IMG/VR virus record: IMGVR_UViG_3300049011_000005
Coordinates: 1-29,664 of that record
Reading direction: 5' to 3' (one strand)
Length of the DNA stretch: 29,664 nucleotides
Source: a virus
Lineage: Duplodnaviria > Caudoviricetes
Of the stretch, positions 1 through 6,934 are shown piece after piece (positions within the stretch are counted from its first letter, which is position 1; the number at the start of each line of letters is the position of its first letter). The notes under the pieces were generated by a model. It saw nothing but the letters and a program-made list of their open reading frames with translations, did no database searches and was not told the origin of the DNA. Made by a program: the position numbers and the translations under genes.

Positions 1-6
1 GGAGTG

Positions 7-120
7 ATGATTTTATTCCGATGTTTCAACCGACTATGCTACCTGTTAGCTGTTGGCATTTGCTCACTGGCGATGCTTTGTTATGGTTGTGATATTAGCG
101 ATTTGGAGGATGAGGAATGA
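7..120 (+). CDS. small hydrophobic hypothetical protein (37 aa)
   Basis: Read manually as MILFRCFNRLCYLLAVGICSLAMLCYGCDISDLEDEE. GGAG lies at 1-4 and the stop overlaps the next start (ATGA at 117-120). The window edge limits certainty. Confidence 0.5.
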   Translation: MILFRCFNRLCYLLAVGICSLAMLCYGCDISDLEDEE

Positions 121-338
121 ACAAATATTCTTTAGAAGTATGCAATGCGGCAAAAAACATCAAGGACATTTTAGATGCGATTTCTTTAGAGTCCGCGCTA
201 ACGTATGCAGTGACTGACGACCCTAAAGATAAAGCAAAACACGCTTGCTACAAAAGCGCGTCATCGCATATCTCTACTTTTATTTCGCAGCTGCCCGGAA
301 TGCTGGAAAATGTTGAACGCGAGGCGAAAAATGATTAA
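117..338 (+). CDS. hypothetical phage protein (73 aa)
   Basis: ORF track; GGAGG/GAGG RBS upstream; part of a tightly coupled chain of small ORFs. Confidence 0.7.
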   Translation: MNKYSLEVCNAAKNIKDILDAISLESALTYAVTDDPKDKAKHACYKSASSHISTFISQLPGMLENVEREAKND

Positions 339-468
339 AACCTCCATAGTCCGAGTTATAGCAACCGGTGAAATCGTAGCTGTTAAGCCTTATGACTTTG
401 TATTCGTTACAGCAAAAGGCACGTATTACACAAAGCGGCAGATTCAGTTTATTAAAATTTTGGAGTGA
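331..468 (+). CDS. hypothetical protein (45 aa)
   Basis: Read manually as MIKTSIVRVIATGEIVAVKPYDFVFVTAKGTYYTKRQIQFIKILE. GAGG upstream; fills the gap between its neighbours exactly. Confidence 0.6.
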   Translation: MIKTSIVRVIATGEIVAVKPYDFVFVTAKGTYYTKRQIQFIKILE

Positions 469-470
469 TT

Positions 471-647
471 ATGATCATTGAGATAACTACCTGCGCTGTT
501 TTGATTTCTGCAATTGCCACTGCTTATGCGTGGCTCGTGCCTGCTGATAAGTCATACGAAGATGCTGAAGCTAAGATTGCAGCCGCCAAGAAAATGATGG
601 CAGAAAGCAGAAAGCGCCAAGCCATGATGAGGCGCGGTTGCCAATGA
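471..647 (+). CDS. small membrane-anchored hypothetical protein
   Basis: GGAG precedes ATG 471; N-terminal hydrophobic helix followed by a basic helical tail. Confidence 0.65.
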   Translation: MIIEITTCAVLISAIATAYAWLVPADKSYEDAEAKIAAAKKMMAESRKRQAMMRRGCQ

Positions 648-739
648 CCGCCCTAGAATTCATCGGCTGGCTATTATTCGACTGCGCAATAGCCTGCATT
701 GTGGTTTATGCGCCGGTGCAGTTGTATCCTAGAGATTGA
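644..739 (+). CDS. small hydrophobic protein (31 aa)
   Basis: Read manually as MTALEFIGWLLFDCAIACIVVYAPVQLYPRD. ATGA overlap with the upstream gene; the stop lies just before the next ATG at 741. Confidence 0.5.
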   Translation: MTALEFIGWLLFDCAIACIVVYAPVQLYPRD

Positions 740-740
740 G

Positions 741-1019
741 ATGAAACGCAGAATTTCAAAAATGACCGACATCATACTAAGCCAGCCAGCGGAGCTGACT
801 AACCGACAGGTGGATGAAAAGTTGAACTTTGACATCGACACCGTCCGTAATGCTAGCCGCCGTCATGGTGTGCCGCATAAAATCAAGCCGCGCAATCAAG
901 GCTATGCTGAGCGCATTGCGATGGCATTCGGCACAAAAAGCGCTACTGTCGTCGCAGCTGAGATTGGATGCTCCGCGATTTACGTTAGGCAGGTTTGGCG
1001 AGGTATGCGCAATGCTTAG
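741..1019 (+). CDS. putative HTH DNA-binding protein
   Basis: Two HTH-like segments (LTNRQVDEKLNFDIDTVRNASRR and SATVVAAEIGCSAIYVRQVWR). Start moved to ATG 741. Confidence 0.6.
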   Translation: MKRRISKMTDIILSQPAELTNRQVDEKLNFDIDTVRNASRRHGVPHKIKPRNQGYAERIAMAFGTKSATVVAAEIGCSAIYVRQVWRGMRNA

Positions 1020-1431
1020 CCCGCTAGACCAGCTCTATCTAGAAACAACAAGCAAGGAAGATTTGCTTGCAGAGATAAACGATCAGCGGCGGCAGGTGAT
1101 TGAGGCGCGTGGATTGGCGGCTGAGATTGAGCGCAAGTTATGGACTGTTGAGAAAGAGCGCGATGCGTTAATCCCATTGGTCGATAAGTGTGAAGCGCTA
1201 GATAATAGCTTGCGGTCATGCCGTGTTAGCTTGTCGATTATGAAGAGGCATTCAGCTAAAGCTAGAGGTAAAACAATGAAGTCTCAAGTGATAGAGATGA
1301 TTGAGCGTGGATTAACTCCGGTTGAAATGAAAAATATTCATGGCATTAGGTATAGAACCGCTTTTAAATATTGGCAGGAATACAATCAAGCAGCTTCAGG
1401 AAAAGAAAAAGCCCTATCTCAAAGTGAGTAG
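1012..1431 (+). CDS. coiled-coil protein with possible C-terminal HTH
   Basis: GAGG precedes ATG 1012 (MLSPLDQ), overlapping the previous gene. Heptad-like N-terminal half; GLTPVEMKNIHGIRYRTAFKY is HTH-like. Confidence 0.65.
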   Translation: MLSPLDQLYLETTSKEDLLAEINDQRRQVIEARGLAAEIERKLWTVEKERDALIPLVDKCEALDNSLRSCRVSLSIMKRHSAKARGKTMKSQVIEMIERGLTPVEMKNIHGIRYRTAFKYWQEYNQAASGKEKALSQSE

Positions 1432-1483
1432 GGCTGGAGAAAGTACAGCTGGGGAAGGAAACAAGATTACCTTATCGCATTAT

Positions 1484-1517
1484 AAGCCGCGCCGCAAGTC
1501 AAAGCGGCTTTTATTTT
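1484..1517. terminator. intrinsic terminator between convergent operons
   Basis: AAGCCGC (1484-1490) pairs with GCGGCTT (1504-1510), followed by TTATTTT; it sits where the plus- and minus-strand gene runs meet. Confidence 0.6.
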
Positions 1518-1957
1518 CCCTGCAGCCTGTCTGTTTGAACTTCTTTCACTTTCTCATAACTGCGATAAGCTCCAAGACCGAGGATGCCAAAAAGCACTTG
1601 CATGGTGATTGTGGTATCGAGCATTGGAAAATCACCGGAATATCCGCAGATAACCTTTGCCACAAAGCGCGCTACAGGCTCAATGATTGCAGCATAGGCT
1701 AACCCAAAAGCTCCAATCCACATGACAGCAGGACGTGCTCCAGCAACGAATACGGATGGGTGCTGCGCCTCGACTTTGTTGATTTCAATTTGACCAAGCA
1801 TCAAAGACACTTCGGCTTGCATTTTGGCTAAGTCGCCAGATTGCCTAAGCTGTTCGAGCTTCAGCATTTCCTCTGCTTGTTTTGATGGGTCGGGCCAAAT
1901 TTTCTCTATCGCAGTTTTGCCAAGTTCAAACAGTGCAGATAGCGGATCAAAGCTCAT
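1511..1957 (-). CDS. holin, 3TM gene-transfer-release family (GTA_holin_3TM-like)
   Basis: Motifs IEKIWPDP, QIEINKVEAQHPSVFVAGARPAVMW and LFGILGLGAYRSYEKVK; adjacent to the endolysin. Confidence 0.85.
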   Translation of the reverse strand: MSFDPLSALFELGKTAIEKIWPDPSKQAEEMLKLEQLRQSGDLAKMQAEVSLMLGQIEINKVEAQHPSVFVAGARPAVMWIGAFGLAYAAIIEPVARFVAKVICGYSGDFPMLDTTITMQVLFGILGLGAYRSYEKVKEVQTDRLQGK

Positions 1958-1965
1958 GCATCACC

Positions 1966-2319
1966 TCAGTATTCAAAAAACACATTTTGCGGCAGCGATT
2001 CATCAATGTCGCAGTGAAAGAAATTCTTAGCTTGGTTATACCCAATGCGAGTAAATCCGGCAGAAAACAATCCTTTCAGAATGGCAAATCTTGCTTGACT
2101 GCTTGGGCATGCAATATCCACCGCCAAGCCGCGTATATGCGAGCTATTGGGTGTTCCGCCTACGCTTCTATTGTGCGATACACATCGTGCGCCAGAAGTG
2201 ATTACAAACGGCACTGCTGCGATTTCTCTAGCTTCGTTTAACTTAGACAAAAGCTGCCTAGTGATATTCATGCCGCAACCGCAGCGACACGATGTTTCTG
2301 CGTCGCTGAAGTAGCTCAT
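1966..2319 (-). CDS. endolysin, peptidase M15A family
   Basis: CRCGCG, ITSGARC..HN..VGG..NSSH..GLAVDI and FFHCD give the zinc-ligand pattern of Peptidase_M15_3. Confidence 0.9.
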   Translation of the reverse strand: MSYFSDAETSCRCGCGMNITRQLLSKLNEAREIAAVPFVITSGARCVSHNRSVGGTPNSSHIRGLAVDIACPSSQARFAILKGLFSAGFTRIGYNQAKNFFHCDIDESLPQNVFFEY

Positions 2320-2444
2320 TCAGGCTCAACCCAATAAGACTCGACAATTCCACCAGCTGCATCAGTGTATCGATACAACTGGCCTGTTTTTGTTGGCTTG
2401 CCGTTTACCCACTTATTCGAAGTCTCATCAAAGTACTGATACAT
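2316..2444 (-). CDS. small hypothetical protein (42 aa)
   Basis: MYQYFDETSNKW...YWVEPE. The ATG follows the upstream stop by 1 nt and the stop overlaps the endolysin start (ATGA). Confidence 0.65.
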   Translation of the reverse strand: MYQYFDETSNKWVNGKPTKTGQLYRYTDAAGGIVESYWVEPE

Positions 2445-2445
2445 G

Positions 2446-2862
2446 CTAATCACCGTAAATGTATGAATAGTTGATAATACTCGCGGTTGAGCCGCCTGAT
2501 TTTGAGATGACAATAACAGAGCCTTGCACAAATGGCAGGATAGCAACGCCGCTGCCTGCTGCTGTTGGCGTATTTGACATATTTGCGCCGACAACAAACT
2601 CGCCAACTACTGATGTCCCACTTGCTGGAGCCAATGTCAATGCAGTTACAACCGTTACACCATCACGAACAATAGTGATATTCGCCTCGCTAGTTGCTGC
2701 AGAAATCAATCCTGTCAATCTAACCAGCTTTCCGGCAGGCGCTGTCAAAGTGAGCAGTGTGCCGGTAGAACCTGAAGCAATTTGCAATGGGCCGCTGAAA
2801 AACGACGGGTTTAAATCGCCGCCGCCGCTACCGTAAATAAGTTTTAAATCTGCCGTAGCCAT
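2446..2862 (-). CDS. putative tail-associated beta-rich protein
   Basis: G/S/T/V-rich 138 aa; TAATG coupling to the head-binding adaptor gene. Confidence 0.65.
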   Translation of the reverse strand: MATADLKLIYGSGGGDLNPSFFSGPLQIASGSTGTLLTLTAPAGKLVRLTGLISAATSEANITIVRDGVTVVTALTLAPASGTSVVGEFVVGANMSNTPTAAGSGVAILPFVQGSVIVISKSGGSTASIINYSYIYGD

Positions 2863-3746
2863 TAACTAAGCTCCCACTCTGTACCGTCGCTAACAAGCGT
2901 GATGGATGTGTTTACGTTAAAATTAAAGTTATCAAACAGTTGGGTAGACGTTGGGTCTTTGCCAATCCTGATTTTCTCACCAGTCTGCGCCGCAATGTTT
3001 GGCGACTGCGCAGGGTCTTTAATTAGATAAATTGGTTCATTGACCGCAACTGTCGCAACTGCAGGCAGCGTTTTTACCAGAGAATCAGTGATGCGGTAAT
3101 ACATCGATTTTGCCAGAGTCACAGCGCCGGTGATGTTGGTTGGCGCGGTCAGTCTGTTTAGCTCATCAATGCCGTCAACAGCTGGATCCCAAAACGCAGA
3201 ACCTAGCGCAGGAGCGCTGCCTGCTGTTAACGCTTTAGCTTTCCATAAAAAGCCGTTAGAGTCCTGAACTACAGTCCCAATCTGATAAGTCTCGTTTGCG
3301 TTGTAAACGCGAAGCAATCGAGTTTCAGACCAGTACACTGGAGATGAAATTGGATTCTGACCAACGTTGGGGCTAAGGATTGCAACGTAATAGCGACCAT
3401 TAGAGCCGGTGACGATTTCGCCTGCAGGATATTCAATACCGCTAGCCCAATCTGAGTACGCGATTAAGCTACCTGAATCACCGCCTACTGGGTCTTTATC
3501 CCAAATCAGATTGCCAATTGCATCAAACAGCCGAACTCGATAAACGCCATTCAACCAAATGTCAGTTGATGGACTGCCGTTTGTCGCCAGGATAATCGGG
3601 TTTGAGTTTGGAATGGTCAAAGCCGTGTTGCTGTAGGTGTTCTTTGGAACCAGCGTAGATGGCTCATAAAAGTAAAGTTTTCCACCGGTGAGCGGCAAGC
3701 CTAAATCAGTAAAATACTGTGGTTGTGGTGATATGTAGCGTGGCAT
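2862..3746 (-). CDS. tail appendage/adaptor: P22 tailspike head-binding-like N-terminal domain, two CBM5/12-like modules, C-terminal docking-like domain
   Basis: N-terminus GLPLTGGKLYFYEP...NPIIL..NG...YRVRLFD. Two W/Y..Y..G.IV..SNG..Y/W.A......P.....W repeats. Occupies the P22 gene 9 position after the ejection genes. Confidence 0.75.
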   Translation of the reverse strand: MPRYISPQPQYFTDLGLPLTGGKLYFYEPSTLVPKNTYSNTALTIPNSNPIILATNGSPSTDIWLNGVYRVRLFDAIGNLIWDKDPVGGDSGSLIAYSDWASGIEYPAGEIVTGSNGRYYVAILSPNVGQNPISSPVYWSETRLLRVYNANETYQIGTVVQDSNGFLWKAKALTAGSAPALGSAFWDPAVDGIDELNRLTAPTNITGAVTLAKSMYYRITDSLVKTLPAVATVAVNEPIYLIKDPAQSPNIAAQTGEKIRIGKDPTSTQLFDNFNFNVNTSITLVSDGTEWELS

Positions 3747-3871
3747 TATTGTCTCCGAGTGCGATAGTCAGGAAGAAAAATATAAGCCAGCGAATACAGC
3801 CAGCAGTAGGCGATGAAAAAATCAATCGCCGGATTTCCTGTTACTGTGAAAAAATCAATTATTGCCTGCAT
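3746..3871 (-). CDS. small single-TM membrane protein (41 aa)
   Basis: MQAIIDFFTVTGNPAIDFFIAYCWLYSLAYIFLPDYRTRRQ; GGAG upstream; TAATG coupling to the next gene. Confidence 0.6.
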   Translation of the reverse strand: MQAIIDFFTVTGNPAIDFFIAYCWLYSLAYIFLPDYRTRRQ

Positions 3872-5699
3872 CTTTCTCCGCCTCGCTCTGTGCATATGCC
3901 GCAAGTATACCTGAAAGCTCATTAGAAAGCCTTTTGAACTCCGGTGAGTTTTTAGGAGTTGATGACATGCGAACAAGGATAGAGCGCACCGGCTTCGACT
4001 CGTAAACCCTCGCCAACCCTCCAAGAGTTCCGACAGTTGCTAAACCAACCCCGCCGGTTAGCTGGAAATCACCAACAGCAGCAACTGGAGCTGTTACTTG
4101 AAGGTTTTGAATACCTGTTGGCGTTATGGTTGACGCCTTTGTAGCCTGCCTAGATGCATCAAGGTAATTAATTAATCCGTCCAGCTGTTTGCGCTCATCG
4201 CCTTTAAAAAACTCGCCAATCTGAGGCTTAAGCCGATTTGCTTCTGATAAAAACTTTTCAGGGCTATCAGTAGTGTCGAACTTTTCGAACATGCGATTTA
4301 CGATTGCAGCTCTAGCGTTTTGCCTGCCAGTCATATCAAGGCTGCTATACAGGTTTTTAAACTCGCTCTTGTCATTGCTAAACAGCATTTTTGTTGCCGT
4401 CTCTGGCTTAATGTCGCCTTTCTCTAGAATAGATTTGAGCTTTGTTTTTTTGATTGTATTGAACTCTTCCGCATAGATGGCGTCAGCTTCACGCATCTTT
4501 CTTGCCGTATCTGGACCAAGTTGCTTTGCGACACCGTTTGTCATGTCATTAGTGATGGCTTGATACACCTTATCATTGATGCGCTTTGCTGATTCAGCTA
4601 ATGCAGAGTCATCACCTTTAATAATTTCTCGAAATAAGGTCCGGTTCTGACGAATCAATTGCAGGTCTTGCTCTCCTGACGATAAATCATCTTTAACTTT
4701 TTGCAGACTCGCCAACACCTTTTCATTTTTTAAAGCTCCGCCCCTTGAGTATTGAGCGATTGAGTCGTCAATTACTTTCATGGTTTGAGTTAAATCAATC
4801 GGAGTTTGCCCCATTTGTGAAATGATTGTCTCGTACCTATCGCCAGCAGCTTTTTTAATTCTGTCACTCTTGCGTGATACAGACCTAACAATTTCTTCAT
4901 CAGATGGAAGACCGTATTCGTCACTTAGTTTTTTAATCTGAGCAACCCTCTGCTCTTGCTGGGCTGCGCGCATTGGTCCAGTGCCGGTAAATGGTATTTT
5001 CTCCGCTGCTGACTGCGCATGTCTACCGATTGCGGTAGTTGGTGGAAGCGCATCAGATGTCGGCAGAATCAAATCATTTTTAGCTGCATAATCAACTGCA
5101 GACTGAGTTTTTTCAGGTAATGCAGAATCGCCTTTTGCTAGCCTGAATGCAGGCTCTGCTACCTTTGATGCGATTTTGCCTGCGCCAAATGTCAAAGCTG
5201 TCGGAATTGTTTCTGCCGCAGCCGCTAGCACTGGGCTTCCAGTTGCTTCAAATGCTGCACCGCCTAGCGCTTTCTGGCCTTTTTGCATCGCTTCTGAAAT
5301 ATCACTCAGGATTGGTGCCTGCGCCAAATCTTGCGCGTATTGCTGACCTTGCTGGGTTTTCGGTTCATACGTCAATGCTCCACGCACCGATTCAACTACA
5401 TCGCCAGCGTTTGAGCCTTTAAATGGAATTGACGCAATGCCAGCTAGTCCTGCTAATGGCTCAGCGATAGTGCCGCTAATTACCGAGCCAGCAACTTCTG
5501 CAGCGCCTAGCGCTTTATCTGACAAAGACGGCTCACCGCCAGCATCTACCGACTGCGTTTGCGGTTGCTCTTGTCTCTGAATGTCAAAATCGCTTTCAGA
5601 TGCCAATCCTGCAGCGATAGCTTTCTGCATCACAACTTCTTTTGGCGTACCATCTGGCACGCCGCGAATAATTTTGCCGTTCGGTAGTCTTACATCCAT
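3855..5699 (-). CDS. DNA ejection/transfer protein, P22 gp16-like position
   Basis: Long helical protein and third of three ejection genes. Start MDVRLPNG is coupled to the upstream stop by TAATG. Confidence 0.75.
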   Translation of the reverse strand: MDVRLPNGKIIRGVPDGTPKEVVMQKAIAAGLASESDFDIQRQEQPQTQSVDAGGEPSLSDKALGAAEVAGSVISGTIAEPLAGLAGIASIPFKGSNAGDVVESVRGALTYEPKTQQGQQYAQDLAQAPILSDISEAMQKGQKALGGAAFEATGSPVLAAAAETIPTALTFGAGKIASKVAEPAFRLAKGDSALPEKTQSAVDYAAKNDLILPTSDALPPTTAIGRHAQSAAEKIPFTGTGPMRAAQQEQRVAQIKKLSDEYGLPSDEEIVRSVSRKSDRIKKAAGDRYETIISQMGQTPIDLTQTMKVIDDSIAQYSRGGALKNEKVLASLQKVKDDLSSGEQDLQLIRQNRTLFREIIKGDDSALAESAKRINDKVYQAITNDMTNGVAKQLGPDTARKMREADAIYAEEFNTIKKTKLKSILEKGDIKPETATKMLFSNDKSEFKNLYSSLDMTGRQNARAAIVNRMFEKFDTTDSPEKFLSEANRLKPQIGEFFKGDERKQLDGLINYLDASRQATKASTITPTGIQNLQVTAPVAAVGDFQLTGGVGLATVGTLGGLARVYESKPVRSILVRMSSTPKNSPEFKRLSNELSGILAAYAQSEAEKDAGNN

Positions 5700-6934
5700 T
5701 ACAGATTGCTCCAATCAACTACTTCGGCGCTACCATCATTAGATGACTGCTGCTCAGGTTTCAACAGGTTGCCAGTTTTGATGCGGTCACGGGCTTGCAT
5801 GAGTGTGTTTTGAATGACGCCCATCTCGCGCTTGAACTCTTCCTCTGACATACCCGTGCGAAGAGCTGACAGTGCGGCTGATACTTTTTCACCTTCAGCG
5901 TTAGACAGTGCGCCCATGCCTGACAGGTTTGGAATCATTGCCATAAATGATTGCGCGTCAAATTTCTCTAACTGCCTCTCAAAGTCATATGCTGCACCGC
6001 CGCGAATAGATGGCGCATAACTTGAGAAGCCGACAGCGGATTCGAATCCATGATGTTTGCCAAGTGAATTAAGCTGCTGAAGCTGTTGGTTAATAGACGC
6101 CACTGCGTTTTCTTTGCTTCTTGCGGCTTCTGCAGTTTCCCGCTCGCCCTTGGCAACTGTTTGTTGCTTCTGCTGCAGTTCGGCTTGACCTGTTGCCGTG
6201 CCTTCAACTGCTTGTGTTTTCACTGCCTCACGCTGACCCAAAATAGGATTTAATCCCTGCTCAGTAGCTAATCGCGCTTCACCAGCACCCATGCCGCCAG
6301 AAAATGAGCGTGAATATGGGTCAATGTTGCGCTTAATCAGCTCAGCTCTGTCAGTGTCGCCGGCAGCAATTGCTTGGTCGTATAGAGAAAGGTTCTGACC
6401 TAGTGCGGTGCCTTGACCAAGTTGAGTTGGGTCATCAGGGAACACCCCTGCATTACGAAGCGTTTTAACCAAACCGCCAATCGCATCAAATTGCTGCTGA
6501 CCTTTCATGGTGCCAAGCTGGCGAATGATGTTGGCGGTTTCTGGTGATTGCTTTTCAAACACTGCAGCGGATTCGTTTAGTAACGCGCCACGCGCCTTGT
6601 CGTCATCTGTCATTAGTGCGCCGAAGATTGGCAGTGCTGCGGTTTGCAGTGTTTGCATGCCTACTTTCTGCTTCAGTGCGTTAACCTCTTGCACGCCTGC
6701 ATCTACATCTTGCTGACCGCGCACCAGATTCATCAGTTGCTGTGCAGCCTGTGGAGATTGCGCCATTAATTCGCTGATGACTTTTTGCTGGTCTTCGCCT
6801 GCCTGAATTCGAGCAGCGGCTTGTTTTACAGCGTTACCAGACTGGATATTCTGGATTGTGTTGCCGATTGCCGCACCGGCGCGAAGTCCAGATTCTAGAC
6901 CTCGCCCTTGATTGTAGAATCCGGTTTCAAACAT
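5699..6934 (-). CDS. DNA ejection/transfer protein, P22 gp20-like position
   Basis: GGAGG before ATG 6934; Q/A-rich and helical; C-terminal GMGALSNAEGEK motif typical of podovirus ejection proteins. Confidence 0.75.
   Translation of the reverse strand: MFETGFYNQGRGLESGLRAGAAIGNTIQNIQSGNAVKQAAARIQAGEDQQKVISELMAQSPQAAQQLMNLVRGQQDVDAGVQEVNALKQKVGMQTLQTAALPIFGALMTDDDKARGALLNESAAVFEKQSPETANIIRQLGTMKGQQQFDAIGGLVKTLRNAGVFPDDPTQLGQGTALGQNLSLYDQAIAAGDTDRAELIKRNIDPYSRSFSGGMGAGEARLATEQGLNPILGQREAVKTQAVEGTATGQAELQQKQQTVAKGERETAEAARSKENAVASINQQLQQLNSLGKHHGFESAVGFSSYAPSIRGGAAYDFERQLEKFDAQSFMAMIPNLSGMGALSNAEGEKVSAALSALRTGMSEEEFKREMGVIQNTLMQARDRIKTGNLLKPEQQSSNDGSAEVVDWSNL

Noticed and set aside
829-1011. 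Upstream extension of ORF 829-1431
   Set aside because: It overlaps the HTH gene in another frame; ATG 1012 has an RBS and typical coupling.
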